Source: Lophium mytilinum
Lineage: Eukaryota
Assembly: GCA_010093605.1 (NCBI GenBank)
Contig: MU004199.1
Coordinates: forward strand, 744,001 to 808,000
Reading direction: 5' to 3'
Length of the DNA: 64,000 bases
Positions within the stretch are counted from its first letter, which is position 1. Each line of letters begins with the position of its first letter. Both the position numbers and the translations under genes were made by a program. Below, piece after piece: positions 1 to 13,122 of the stretch. The notes below the pieces were generated by a model. The model was not told the origin of the DNA. It was given only the letters and a program-made list of their open reading frames with translations, and made no database searches.

Positions 1-2099
1 CTCCATTCGAGATTCACATTTCCATCGCCGATTCGCTTGTTGTCTCCTCTGTTTTGCTCTTTTCCAGTCGTATTCCTATGTGTACAGTGTTACAATGAGG
101 CTACCTAGCGATGTAGCTCTGTGATCTCCAGATGTCTCTTCCTTTTCTGGCAGCTGAGAACAGCCTTAAGAACTTCGCCACCACCATGCTGGAGATTGCT
201 TTCATTATCGACCTCAGGCGTGCCGAGGCTTCTTCACTCCCCTGCCGTGTGCCGAGTCTGCCTTGCGCTTCTCCGGTGTCATGGCCCTGGAAAATGAGGC
301 GGTTTCGCACGCGTGGCTTGCAGCCTCACGCATCGTTGAAGTACCGAAAGGAGCCAGAACGTCGATCAGGAACACGAACCAATCAAAACACTCTTTTTCT
401 GAGAAAGTTTCCCTCATCTCTTCCAGAAAATTATATCTTTGCATGATTGGATATACTGACTCTTAATCATTAGACGTTCTCTCATTGGCCGCCTCCACGC
501 TTTGACCTTGCTATCTGCAGCACATTGCAGCCACTGGCGCTGCGTATTCCCACTGCATATTCTCACCGCTCCCTGCAAATTTCACAGGAACTCGAGCATG
601 ATCTGATTGTTGCATAGATACTGGCGAGGCCTACACCATCGAATCCGGAGCGATTTGATTGTTGTGGTTTATGAAATGCGTTCGGGACTGGTTCTTCTGT
701 GCAAGGTTTCTCTTGACTTCGACATATATAAAGTCAATACTAGATCCCCCTTCAAAGGCGGATCTAACGACAAGACGAGAATACCTCGCCAGCCAGGACC
801 GGTCGTACGAAATAGCTTTCTAAAACCCGGACAATGGGTACCACGAATTGCAGCCGAGATTGCTCTCACACAAATACAGTGTGTCCGTAACGCAAAATTA
901 CTATGCCGTCGAAACCGTTATCGTCTTCCTAAGTGGTGTCCCGCTATCTGCAACCATTAGGTTAGCGTCAAATGCCTACATACGAGTCATTTTCAGCCTA
1001 CATAGGCCTCCTCGTTCACCGACTTCAGGTCTGACGCCGTTCTAGACCTGAGTTTATCCCTTCGACTGTCTTGCCGGATGGCAACTTTGTGCTTACACTG
1101 GTTGCCAAAAGTTTACGATCTTCCACTTGTCAGGAGAAGAGGGTAGGTTTGAGCTGCTTCCAACTGCACGATGAAACGTGCTTTGTCTTATATTCCAACT
1201 GCTCTCGTCTTCAAGCGTGGCTTATTGAGCGTAGGACGGCGAAGCATCCGGGAGAACCTGGTCCCAGGCTGCGAACATTCAGACATGGCGCACTGATCAA
1301 CACCAATCAACTGACTTTGAAAACCCCGTCCGAAGCACGCCTCATCTTAGCTCATGCAAGAGCAAAGGCCTAGGCATAGAGAGGGTTGTTCCCTGTTCCA
1401 CCGCTTCACCCTCCAAGCGCAATAAGTGGCCACAGCGGAAGCTGCGAATCATACAACCCTCGCTGCCCTCCAACCATGCGTCCTCTGCGCATCGGTGTCC
1501 TGGAATGATATTGTCCAGCTGTGCTTTCTTTCTGTTAGGCTACCTATCACTATCCTCCTCCTAATGCCCAACTCGGATCTTGAACTCCTCCCCAATAGTA
1601 ATCATGAGGCGTACTTTACGGCTCCAACTATCTCGTCTCACCTTTCCGGTCACAGTTAGAGCTATCACAGTCGTCAGAAGCTCATGATCGACTCAAGACC
1701 CTCCACGCGTTCGCTGCGGATGACATACACGCCCAGCCACTTCGGACAACTGTGCGCTACCCTGTGCATGCCGCCAGCACATCGTGCAGTCACCTCTGTT
1801 GCCTTGCAATTTTTCACAGCTCCTAGACCCGGAGGAAATGGCTTAGAGACGTTGCCTCACTCCGAACCAACCTAGCGGGAAGTCTATCGTGCGACGACAT
1901 ACGACATCTTGCGTAACTTATTGCGATTTCTACCTTCTGGTGACTCGGCAAATCGGCAGCTTGCCGATTGTTCTTGGTTTGGTGCATATAAACACCATGT
2001 CGTGTCCCTTTGAGAAACCAGGCCAGTTTCAACAAAATTCATCCCTTCCTTTGAAGCCCTCGTGTCTTTAAGACCCGTACCACTTTAAGGTACCCAGTG

Positions 2100-3728
2100 A
2101 TGTCAGACTCGGAAGAACTAGTCGTCGTCGAGTCTTGCTTTCTCTCTCGTATCGAAAAATTGCAAATGGAAGACCCAGCTGACACTCCGGCTCAAGTGGA
2201 CCATGCAAAATGTCCACCTGCAAATGAGTCTGTCAGCCCGGAATCGTCTCCAATAGCTCTCGCAATCTCTCCGACATCGTCAACCGAGCAAAAGCTTCAG
2301 AACCAGCCGCTAGCTGAGCCTTCGGGGACAGCGAGGCCCTCAATCAAGTCGCCTTCAATATGTGAATGTCTATCTTGCAACAATCTTACAGCTCGTCCTT
2401 CGAGATATATTACGAAACCGGTTACAGGAATACCCTACATCCCATCATCAGTACCTCCAGTGTCACCACCTCCACCTCCTTCAGAGATGATCAGTTGCCC
2501 ACCATTAAAAGACTGTGGGTGCCAACGAACAGTATCCAGCGCTCCTCCGCCTCCTCCGCCTCCTCCTCCACCGCCTCCTCCACCTCCACCTCCTCCTCCA
2601 CCGCCTCCTCCACCTCCACCTCCTCCTCCTCCGCCACCTCCGTCTTTCCACGATCCTTCTTACTTCTTAATGCCACCACCGCCACCGCCTCCTCCCCCTT
2701 TACCACAACAATCACTTCCATGGCAGATGCAAACAAGATCATCGACTCAAACGGCTATGCCAGCACCTCCTCCTCCTCCTCCCCCACCGCCACCTCCTAT
2801 GCCATATTTTCCAAAGAAATCGAAGAACCAACAATTCGAATTCAACATCCCGCCTCCGCCCCCGCCGCCTCCTCCTGGAATGGTCGTCGTAAACCAGGGT
2901 AGAGGCCGTGCCCTAAGCCGAAATTCCAGTATTGATTCTTTCCGATCTGAAAACTCGCCAGTCTCGAAGCACATGGCTGAGCGTGTTAGCAGTCACAACG
3001 ATCTTATACATCCTCGATACTCCGGGGAGACAGATCCGGATTCTGATAGGATTGTACGGATACCAGCCTTCAAGCGCAATGTCTATGTGCCATCTCATGG
3101 TGCAAGTGCAGCAGACCTGGCAAACTTCCTATGGCTCCTCAAGTTTGGTGGGCCAGAGCATTGGTATGAGAGACCAGACCTGGCAAAGCTAGACCAGATG
3201 ACTGCTCTTGACGCTGTTGGATGTGCGCCAAATGAGCTAAAGGCCCTCGATAACCCTCGACCTTTGTCTCTTCCTGTTCCTCAGATATGGGTTTCCTCAG
3301 CCTTGAATACTCCCACCGACGACGACATATTTGACTGTATGGCAGGCCACTCATCTGATGGGGACTTTGCTGGAGCTTGTCACGAGTGTACTGATGAGAA
3401 GTGCGAGGCCATCGAGAAAACCTCACTGGTATACATCCTCGTTATTTCAACTTTCCAAGCGAACGAATACTATTCTGCCAAAGACAGCTTCTCTGGGAAC
3501 GGAAAGAATATCTACAAGATGGTCAGATGTGGTCGAAGAGAAGCAGCTGCAGCTGCAGCCTTTTATGCTGCTGGCGTTAATGGATGGAGTGTGGTCTTCT
3601 CCTGCGTGATGGTGGAGGGAGAGACTGAGCTAAGAGGAAATGGCGTAACCGTGGAAAGGGTCACTGACTTATGGCGACTTGCAGATAGGCAGCAATCAGG
3701 GAAGAAGGCTAAGATGATTTTCTACTGA
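2100..3728 (+). CDS. Hypothetical proline-rich protein (polyproline tracts plus C-terminal Cys/His-containing globular region)
   Basis: Uninterrupted ~542-aa ORF from ATG 2100 with several poly-Pro runs and an ordered C-terminal region (CMAGH...ACHECTDEKC...LVYILVIS). Start codon uncertain (alternative ATG at 2166). Confidence 0.75.
   Translation: MSDSEELVVVESCFLSRIEKLQMEDPADTPAQVDHAKCPPANESVSPESSPIALAISPTSSTEQKLQNQPLAEPSGTARPSIKSPSICECLSCNNLTARPSRYITKPVTGIPYIPSSVPPVSPPPPPSEMISCPPLKDCGCQRTVSSAPPPPPPPPPPPPPPPPPPPPPPPPPPPPPPPPPSFHDPSYFLMPPPPPPPPPLPQQSLPWQMQTRSSTQTAMPAPPPPPPPPPPPMPYFPKKSKNQQFEFNIPPPPPPPPPGMVVVNQGRGRALSRNSSIDSFRSENSPVSKHMAERVSSHNDLIHPRYSGETDPDSDRIVRIPAFKRNVYVPSHGASAADLANFLWLLKFGGPEHWYERPDLAKLDQMTALDAVGCAPNELKALDNPRPLSLPVPQIWVSSALNTPTDDDIFDCMAGHSSDGDFAGACHECTDEKCEAIEKTSLVYILVISTFQANEYYSAKDSFSGNGKNIYKMVRCGRREAAAAAAFYAAGVNGWSVVFSCVMVEGETELRGNGVTVERVTDLWRLADRQQSGKKAKMIFY
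2543..2642 (+). repeat. Coding (CCN)n microsatellite encoding ~33 consecutive prolines
   Basis: Direct reading: CCT/CCA/CCG triplets with an internal ~30-nt duplicated unit. Confidence 0.9.
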
Positions 3729-5207
3729 GTATAGAATGCCGCCTTCTTTTCGTTGCTACCTTTTTGCAAGTCGCCAGAAGTCAAACCTATAACGGTACAA
3801 GACGAACAAGAGTTTGGGGAGAGGGGAGGGGAGGGGAGGGAGGCTGGTGTGGAAAGGGGCGTGTAGAGAGTGGGAGATATAAGACAGCTGCACGGTTCGA
3901 CATGGCTTTCCTCTGTTACTACTTTCGGAAGGCTCTTATGGACACAACAATCACACAGTATGGGTATGGAGAATGAGACAGTCTGGTTATTCAACTAACT
4001 GGCAGGGCAAGCGAGAAGGTGTGAAGAATAGTCGGATGGACTGGAAAGAGAAGAACTGCCGACGTTGACGAACTTCACCAACTTTAACCACTCTTTCATT
4101 CTGGGCGGCTATCTGTTTCCTCTTCTCTTTACCAGACTGGAAACCTCCCGTACACGTATTAGCTAGTACTACGCCAACTCGAGTTACACCCATCATCTTC
4201 TCAAACGCTGTGAAAAATAACCGCGGACCAATACACACCAGCGGGGTCTTGACCCGCCCTTCCCGGCGCTTTGCAGTCCAGACGTCCTATGATTCGATTA
4301 CCAAGGCATGCCGGAGGTAGTATGCGGACAAACAACTCATCACGCATATGAGACTAATGCCGGCGCCTCTTCCAGACTATCAAAGTTTGTGCAACTTAGA
4401 CTTCATCCATCCCTGAGCACCAAGTTGGCGGTGTCAACCTCAACGCGAATGTTTCTCACTTGTCACCATACCACTGTCTCGCGCCGAATGACATGGTCCC
4501 AGGGAATAGCGGGCTTTGTTCCACAGAACCCTAGCGTTCACTGTCCGGGGTCTCCTGACCACACTAGGCTCATGGTTCTTCCAATCACCGCAAGGATCGG
4601 GCTTGAGAGCTTCACTCAACGAGATGATACCCGGTGACCGAGTTCGACAACTATCTGATTCGCTGCCCTCAGTTTCAAGCGGGCTTAGACGTCAAATTGG
4701 GGGTGAAAGAACGAAGGATCGGGTCACAATCTAGAAAACTAGCGGGGCACATGCGAACTGAGCCAATCAGTCTCGATCGGGACGAATGAAGCAACACGCT
4801 GGTTCGGAGGAAGGTTGTGAAAAGAGTAAATGAGATTGCTGATCTTGAAGGAAAAGTGAGGCTGCAATCGTGGAGTCTTGGTAGTCTTGTTTTCCCATTT
4901 GGTTGGAGTCGATCTGAGGTCACGTTTAGCTCTATTTCACGTGATATGGTGTAGTTTAGAATACTCGTCGTTTCATTCGTATCAGTCATAGAGGCATGTT
5001 TACTACCATAGCCTTTCCTCAGAGACTCCAAGCCTTCGTTGCACTGCAGTCGTGACCGCTAGTGCATTCAATGCTTTCAGCGCCCAACCGCAACCCAAAC
5101 ATACCCTCCCCTTGCCCAACAACCCATTCATTCTGAAAAGCAATCTCAGCCCTCCCAAACTTCCCCGAGTTCTTCATTCCATACCCTCAAACCCTCTCTC
5201 CCTCCCC

Positions 5208-5814
5208 TCACAACTTCCACCCCTCCTCCCTCTTCCTCCCCGCCTTCTTCAAGCCCTCCTCTCCATCAACAAGCACACACCACCCCTCACCCCCCCTACC
5301 CCCATCCCCAGCAATCGCCGCCTCAAAGTTGGCCCTCGCGTACGCCAGCACCTCGTCGTCGAAGGTCCCGGGCTGGAGCCACACCGCCGGGATCCCCGCC
5401 TCCTTCGCCTCCTTCAGCAGCGCCGCGGTGACTTTGGGCGGGGTGATGACGGAGAGGGAGGTTTGGGATGCGTCACTCAGGCCGGCAGGGGAGGGGGTAG
5501 TGGCATACTCTTTGGACTGGAGGGTGATGGTGGGGGCACGCGGGTTGAGGGGGGTCACGGGGAGGGAGTGGTAGATGTACCATGCGAATACTGGGGTTGT
5601 TAGTGGGGGTAGAGGAGGAGATGCGGATATCAAGAGAGTTTTGAGAGAAAAGCTAGATATAAGGGATGGCCAATAGCGCGTCCCCGGACGCGGGCTTTGA
5701 GAGGCGTAAGGAAAGTTTAAACGTACCTTTGTGCCCGAACTTGGAGGGGTCGGAGCTTGCGCCGGCGACAGCGAAGCGGGTGGAGCTGAAGAAGGTTTTG
5801 AGTGCTGCTTCCAT
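5208..5814 (-). CDS. CoA-binding domain protein (YccU-like Rossmann fold), 2 exons
   Basis: Exon 1 5814-5727 (MEAALKTFFSSTRFAVAGASSDPSKFGHK), GTACGT..CTAAC..CAG intron, exon 2 5590-5208 with SVITPPKVT and AVWLQPGTFD motifs typical of CoA_binding_2. Confidence 0.88.
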
Positions 5815-6901
5815 GGTGTTGGTTTATGTGTAAGGTTTTGTGAGGAGCCGGTGTTGGTAGATATCTAAGCTCGGCGGCGAGCTTCGGTGATGTCGGGAGT
5901 GAGTCGAAGCACGTCATTTCAATTTATATTTCCTTCAACGACCTCGACTTTCTTTCTTACATATCCACGTCCGGTTCACTCATTCGCACCTTCCGTGTGA
6001 GGTGTTCTATATTCCAAATACATGGATTGAAGCCGATCATTCCTCACTTATCTAGAGTAGATGATATTTGGTCTCTTTCCACACCTTCCTATTCTTCCCA
6101 GGAATGCTGGAGCTACCCCCTGTTCCATCAAATACTCCTAAGAGTATTCACCAAAGTACCGCAGACAAGGCGCTCTAACACCAGATTATGACGTTGAAAT
6201 AACCTTCTCGTGTCCTTCCATTTGCGCAAACCGTATCAGCTCTTGCACTGTGGTTCTAGCCCCGCTGCCTAATTTCTGACCAGCCCACCCAATCAACCCC
6301 TTAGTCAAGATCGTTTGCCTTCTCCCGTTTCATCCGCGGGGTTTTCTATCCTCTCTAGCATTTTCTAATCAGAAAACTATATATTCACACATGATCTATC
6401 GGCATGTAGAAATCTACCCTACATCAGGTTACATGCCGTTCTCTTTGTTATGTTAATACTGAAGTTGGAGTTGCGGATGCAAGGCAACAGCTTGGACACA
6501 TGGAAGAAAGTAGCTTTGTTATAATTCTAGTCTTCCAACAAATCTCACTATATCACTCATGAAAAACCCGCACAAACAAGTTCGAATCTCATTTGAATAA
6601 ATACCCCATCGCGTTCACCTCGGATGGGAAATCCCACAGAATATGCTGTGTACTAGCCTTGGTAGCAGCAATAGTAGTCCAATAAACCAAATTCCGCCTC
6701 GCTTTTCAATCATGCTATTCGCCTCCAACACCATGAAGCCTGACATGATACAATAATGCAAAAGAAAGCCTTCAGCAAAATCGCTCGACCTCCTTGAGAT
6801 CCATTCCCCGAGGAACCCAAAATCTCACACACATCATCTTGCAGGGATGGGAACTTCGACTGCACTTTGGGGAAAGGGAGGGGGGTGGGCGTTGGGGGTA
6901 A

Positions 6902-9900
6902 TTACCTCAGAGCAGCAGCAACCCTATCCCTCAAATCCCTCGCTCTCTCCTGCCAAACTCCTCCATTATCCAGATTCCAGTTCGCGATCAGCTCCTTCAG
7001 CACATCCTCGACGCCAATGGCGTTCTCCTCGCTGCCGAACGGAATAGCGCTGAGGCTCTGGCTCTCCTGCCACCACTTCTCCATCGTATAGATCATCCAT
7101 TTGGTGATGTGTCTCCGGTCTCGGCCAGCAAGGGGCGCCCTGTTCTCGTACCAAAGCGTTTCCAACGTCGCCAGAATGCTCTCGCACGGAACACGCAGCT
7201 CGAGGAAGATGTCCAGGACCCAACTGCTCCAATACCGGTCATCATCTGGCCTGCTCCCCTCGGGGATGATATGGCCGTAAGCAGCGTCCCACTTCAGGAG
7301 GAGCTGCAGCAACATTGGGACGTTGAAGATTGTCTCAGAGGTGCGGACACGGCGGCCAATGGTGCGGATGACGTTTGCGACCTGTTGCCACGGATTTCCC
7401 TGGCTCTCGCTCTCGGCGGTCAGTGCGCTTTGCTCGATGAGATTCTGCCAAGTCGCTTCAATGTCGGCGGCGTTGCGGTAGTCGGCAGCCTGGTAGATCA
7501 GGATGCACATGTCGTAGTAGCCCGCTTGATCGGCGAATCCGTTGTACAGCTATTTCGCTTGTAAGCAATGTGTCTTCCCGGTAAGAAGGGTAAGAGAGTA
7601 GGTCAGACTTACATCCGTCACCGGCAGAATGTTGCCATCGAGCTGTGAAAGAATTTCATCCCGCCTGCTAGCCGTTCGAGGGTCCGACTTGAGCTTGTCT
7701 AGGATATCCTCTTGAATTGTTGCAATGTCAAGAAGATCGGAGACCTCTCTGAGGAGATCCTGCCGCGTTTGCTGCTTCGTTGAGCGCATTTCGCTGATGC
7801 CGCCGACTCGTGTTGATGCGTTTGCGCGCGCCCGGCTGAGGTACTCGATTCGTTGCGACAACTTTAGCGTGAAAAAGCTCTTTGCAAGCTGAAGCTGCAC
7901 TAACGCGGCATCGAAGTAGTTGTTGTAGTGTGCATAGTACCGCCATAGAAGATCGCCATACTGCGGAGCCTCTTTTGCCTTTTCCTTGAGATAGGTCACG
8001 ACATGGGGCGAGCTTATCTCGAGAAGACGATCGCTCCAGCCCTGCTGCAGATACCAGTCGTAGAGGTTGGTTTGGAAGACTTCATCTTCAGAGCTGTTGA
8101 TTTGATCGTAGGCTTCATTTCGTCGCCGTGCAGCCGCAGAAACCACGCCATCAACGACAGCAGGCTGGTCGTTTGATGCCTGGTCAACTGCTTGTATGAC
8201 TTGGTGAATAAGGTCGTAGGCTCGTGTTCGGCTCTCATAAGCGGCTTGCCGGGTATCCTAAAATTTGTTAGCTCATTTGCTGCCAGATCCTTTGAGTTAA
8301 CTCACTGGTGAGAGGCGACCCTCTCTGATCCACGCCAAAGCCCGATTGCCGCGGTCAGATTCCTGGGCAACCTTCAGAGCTAGACGAATTGCACCTTGAT
8401 CATGAGTCAGCAAAAGCGTAAGAAAAGATCCAAGCAGCTGCGCCTACCGGCATAGAAAGCCATGTTCGTGTACTGGATGATGGTGACCTCGAGATATTCT
8501 CGCGACAGGCTCCCTGCAACGCTTTCAAAGAGACGCAAACTGTCATTCAGGTATGTGCGACCCAATTCAGTATTTGCGCCAGCTTCTGAAGCCTTCGTCA
8601 CCTGTTCTTGCGCTTTGAAGATTACGACATCTTCCGCACTGCAGAAACTACCACAGCGCCTACGCAACGCTTCCGAGATGGTTTCGACGTTGGAGCCCTT
8701 TGCGATGTTTCTATTGACGATCGCTTTGACGAGTTCCTTCGCGAGCTCTTTACCGTCGGGATCCGTAAAAAGACCCACGAAAGTCAGCTCTCGAGCACGT
8801 TGACGAGATGTGTCGTTGAGAGAAAGTATGATCTCATCAACTCGCTCATCAAACAGGACCAAGACAAATGAAATGCCCTCAATAATGCTCTTGAGGAGCT
8901 GCACGAGGCTTGTCAGCGCGGCATTCTCGCCCTGCATCTCTTTTTCGGCCTGTTGGGTTGGTGCCCGGTTGAGTGCTTCCGGTCCGTTGAGCCCGTCAAT
9001 GAAGTTCTTATTCTTGTCCAGAAACTCTTGCAAGTGGGTGAGGTTTCGCTGGACAATTCGAAGTTTCTCTAGGCTAATCGTAGGATCGATTTTGAGACCT
9101 CCAATGGGCGTGCTTCCCTCCTTCAAAACTCTGGAACCCCAGATAGACCGTACCAAGCGAGAAATGTAAAGCGTGATGCCTTCGTGTCTAGGTGACGGGC
9201 GAATGTTGTCATCATTATTAGTATTGACATCGAAGGTGCTGTCGATCATTTGCGCCTTGCCACCATATTCCACGAACGCCGTACGCGCATACTCAAGAAC
9301 GTCCTGATCAGTGACATTGATAACTCGGGAGTCCGACGCAACGTCTTGGCCTTGTCCACACACAACGGCAAGAGCAGTTGCAATTGTCTCTGGTCGTCCA
9401 TAGAGCCGCACAAACTTTTTGATCTCAGCTTCGAGGCCGTCGCTGCCGTATGCACCTTTCTGCTTGACTGCAGAAGCAAAAATATCAACGAGTCTGCGCC
9501 GACGGATGGTTTGAACTCCATAGTTGGTGAGAATGGCAAACTCGGCCACGGGCGCATCGAACTGCGTGGCCAGCTCGTTGCCGAAGCCCCTAGGCGCCGA
9601 AGTAGCTGCAAACGGTGGTGTGACGAGACCGACATCCTGCACTTTTGCTCCGAGGGATAGCGAAAACCCCATCTCAATGAATTTGGGTGCCTGTGAGAGA
9701 TCCTGCGGCCGTGCAATCCTGCCTGAATCAGGCCCGGACATGAACAGGTAATCGCTAGTGTCACCTTCCGATGCGAAACAGAGAAAGTACCCTGGTGTAT
9801 ATCTATTTGAGTGGATCGTACCCTCGAGCACCCTCGAACCTATAGCAACTTGAGATTGAGCTTTGTAGGGTGTCATCTGATTCTGCGATGTCTGATTTGG

Positions 9901-11213
9901 CTGCGGATCCTGAGGAGGAGGAAACTTGATATGTTGGACTTGCATGCTGGTAGGCGCACTAGAGGAATCGCCAAAGTAGTAGGTGCCAGACGTGGAACTG
10001 AGAAATATTCTACAGCCGGTTGATGTTGTGGCCATCAGGCTAAGCCGCGCAGACTCCGTGGAAGAGATCGCATCGATGGAGATAATGGTGGCGCCTGGTC
10101 CGAGCAACTCTGATCTCACCATATGGTTGCAATTCGTAATGATGCTGGCGAGAGATCGGGTAATCGCGAGGTCGAGAGTGGTCTCTGATTTGAGGTGGTA
10201 TACTTTAATCGTGGAGATGTTGGAAAGTGTGTATAGCAGACCCCGTGTATCGTCGACTGTCATTTGGACGACGAATTCTGCTGTCTTTTTGGAGGCGAAT
10301 GGAATTCCCGGCAAGGAGATGGATTTGCGAACATGGTTGACCTTGGCACATCGATTTGCGAACCATTTCTCCTCTTGCTGGTATGTGACTTCGTAGACAT
10401 CGTCAGAATCCCGTCCGTCGGCAAAGAAGATTCGCCCAGTCTTCGAAGAACCCTCGATGCAGCCCACTTTCAAGCCTCGGACGGACGTGTGCATCCCTGT
10501 TTGATACAGAGAAACCTTCTCCACGCCCTCCTGTCCCCGCTGCGTGGAAACGCCAATCAAGTGAATATCCGACGTTGTCGCAACCACTAGAAGATGTGTT
10601 ATCGCGTCTACAAACACCTTTGCGCGAGGCTTGACCAGTTTCACCGCTACAATGGAGTGTGGCTGCTCCTCATAGCCGATGATCTCGGGGTTCGGATTCG
10701 TGTAATCCCAGAGATACAGCTGATTGTCTACAAATGTCCAGGCGTGGTTTATCTCGGCGAAGAGGCCACTCTTGGTATTCATCTGGTGGTAGTTGTACTG
10801 CTCGAGTATCTCCTCGGGTATTCTGTAGGTTCTGAGTGGGATGAAGGGAGCCCACGCTGGGTCTTCGGGGATGTCATAGTCGGACGAGATGCCCTCTGGA
10901 AGACTGGTTAGCTCTCAAATAGCGGGTTTTAGGGTATGGTATCCAGCTTACGGCCAACATACGCGTCCAGCTCTGCATAGCTGGCTTCTCCGATGAGCGT
11001 ATCATTGATGGCCTTCCGAGCGCGTTCCAGCGGAGATTTGGTGACCTGTAGAGGCTGCTCTGTTGCGACTACTGCTGGCTGGGAAGGAGCTTGAGTCTGG
11101 GGTAGCTGAGGAGCGTTTGCAGAGGTTGTACGGAATCCAGGGTGTCGCTGCGCTGCTGGGGTGTTGATGAAGGAGCCTGGCGTTGGGCGCTGAGGAGTTG
11201 CTGGGAGATTCAT
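6902..11213 (-). CDS. NUP170: Non-repetitive inner-ring nucleoporin Nup170/Nup157/Nup155 family, 5 exons
   Basis: Motifs GLFAEINHAWTFVDNQLYLWDY, SPRHEGITLYISRL, LRRRCGSFCSAEDV, DLLWRYY, LSQRIEYLSRA. Exons ~11213-10952, 10895-8447, ~8395-8306, ~8257-7611, ~7549-6902 joined by GT-AG introns. Confidence 0.95.
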
Positions 11214-12030
11214 GGCTGAAATAGCGCAGTAGAAGTTCAGGACGAAGAAAGAGGAGGAGATTCAGTGTATAGCTGCGGACATAACGAGACGATGGACGTG
11301 AAGGATATGGCCTGCGACGCGCGCAGCTTGGACAATGAAGATGTTGCCAGGAAAATGTCAAAAAAGGGTGGTGGGCGCAAGAGACATAGAGTGAGAAGCT
11401 GCGGTGGAGAAGACTTCTCAAATCCTCGGGCGCAGAGAACAATAGGAGGGTTCAATAGTAGCAATTAGCGTGGACGGTGAACTTTCTAAGTGAGGTCTCA
11501 GGCGCGTTCGTTGCAGTGCCAAGGCCGCCTCAAAAAATGGCAGGGGTTGACCAGCCCCCAGCTATAACGACATGTAACCGCCGCACCTGGGACGGTAAAA
11601 AAGATATAGTGCTCGACCACGCAAGATTCGCAGAATGGACGCGCAAGCGACTAGTGATCAGGATCGATTCTAAGCACAGTTGCGAATTGGGCTCGAAGGA
11701 AAGATATATCAGTATCAAGTCACGTGCACCGCAATTCAAGACCATCACAGTTACCACCGAAATTGCTCCGGACAGATCTTTATGTCTTCGTAGAGCTCTC
11801 CTTTTAGATCAATGCCACGGGAAGACTTCTTAAACTGCATATTGAGAGCAGTGAAGGATGACTGCTACTAAGCACATATTCAAGCCCGCCCGCTCATCCC
11901 AAATAAAGCCACGCAAACAAATACAATCTGCCAACCTATCTAATGGCAAGCATATACCAGGAGTTCCGTGGGTTGCTGCCCCTAGCTCTAGCTGCCTGCT
12001 GTATCCCTAAACATCCCCAATGCCGCTTCG

Positions 12031-13122
12031 TCACATAAAGCTGGGAATCTCGCAGTCGCCACTGTCCCACCCCATCACGCTCACATTTCTTCCATGGGAG
12101 CTGGTTACATCACAGAAAGTAGCTCTGAATCCAATCAAACTCAGGAACATCGCATCCGTCTCGTCCTTATTTTCAACGACAACCTCCGTGGACCTGCTGC
12201 AATATGTGACGCCAACCCCCTGCAGATCAATGTACAGGCGGCAGGCTTTGTCTTCTTTCTCACTGATGGGAGCTGCAGGGAATTGTCCGCTGACTACGAA
12301 ATCGCAAAAGGTGGTCGTCCTGCTGTAGAGGTCCTGAAAGCAGAGGTTGAAACCGGCAGAAGTGAGGGCACGGCTTTGATCGCAAAGAGTTTGGCCCGCT
12401 GTGCGGATTCCGTTGTAGGCTTCGCTGTAGGGATTGCATTGAGGCACCTCTGTTGGAAGCGGGTGGGAGGCGTTTACCATATTGTAGGTAACGAAGGGTG
12501 TTGTTCGGGAATGGATCGTGGCTGTGGGAAGAAGGCCGGAGGCATGTGCCATAGTATAGATAGTGAGGAGTGTCGTTCGGGGATGGTCGTTTCTAGCGAG
12601 GTGGATAATGCTGTTGAGTTTGGATTTGACATTGCTTCCCTCGGAAAGGATCGCAGCACCAACTGACGAAGCTGCAGACTCTCCAGCTCCGACTACAGAC
12701 TTCGCAGCAGCTCCTGCTTTCCCGACCAGACTCTCCACGGACTCTACACCCGCCTTGACCTTCTCTACGTTCTCTTTGACACCGTGGACCACGCCCTCGA
12801 CGTCGTGGAGCACGTTCACAACATCCCCTTTGACATCGTTGTACGCTTTGGAAACCCAATGCCACGCAAGGAGCAGCATAACCACGAGGCCGATCATGAC
12901 GACCGCATACACGGTAAGTATGCACATGTTGTAGGCCTTGAAAGCTCCATCGCTGAACCCCATACAGCAGCGGAAGAGTGACCCGATGCCACCGCAGCGA
13001 CCCCTCTTGCGAGACTTCTTGCGAGACTTGAGACTGTTCAGATCGATCGTGCTACGAGGCTGTTGGAGCTCGTATTCCTCATCCTGAGCGTACGCTCCAT
13101 AAGGAGGGTGATTGGATGCCAT
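12031..13122 (-). CDS. Hypothetical single-pass membrane protein with amphipathic Val/Gly/Ala-rich segment and Cys-rich C-terminal domain
   Basis: 363-aa intronless ORF; basic cluster, then hydrophobic helix (ILTVYAVVMIGLVVMLLLAWHW), then about 7 spaced Cys at the C-terminus. Confidence 0.7.
   Translation of the reverse strand: MASNHPPYGAYAQDEEYELQQPRSTIDLNSLKSRKKSRKRGRCGGIGSLFRCCMGFSDGAFKAYNMCILTVYAVVMIGLVVMLLLAWHWVSKAYNDVKGDVVNVLHDVEGVVHGVKENVEKVKAGVESVESLVGKAGAAAKSVVGAGESAASSVGAAILSEGSNVKSKLNSIIHLARNDHPRTTLLTIYTMAHASGLLPTATIHSRTTPFVTYNMVNASHPLPTEVPQCNPYSEAYNGIRTAGQTLCDQSRALTSAGFNLCFQDLYSRTTTFCDFVVSGQFPAAPISEKEDKACRLYIDLQGVGVTYCSRSTEVVVENKDETDAMFLSLIGFRATFCDVTSSHGRNVSVMGWDSGDCEIPSFM

Noticed and set aside
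101..2071. Short ORFs at the window start
   Set aside because: No recognisable motifs, mostly non-ATG starts, no consistent exon chain found.
6405..6430. Third copy of the repeat family (AAATCTACCCTA matches the copy B flank)
   Set aside because: Only a 12-nt match without the conserved core; compatible with chance.
6575..6595. tRNA T-loop-like GTTCGAATC (similar motifs near 16715 and 45286)
   Set aside because: No pairing T-stem, acceptor stem or A-box.
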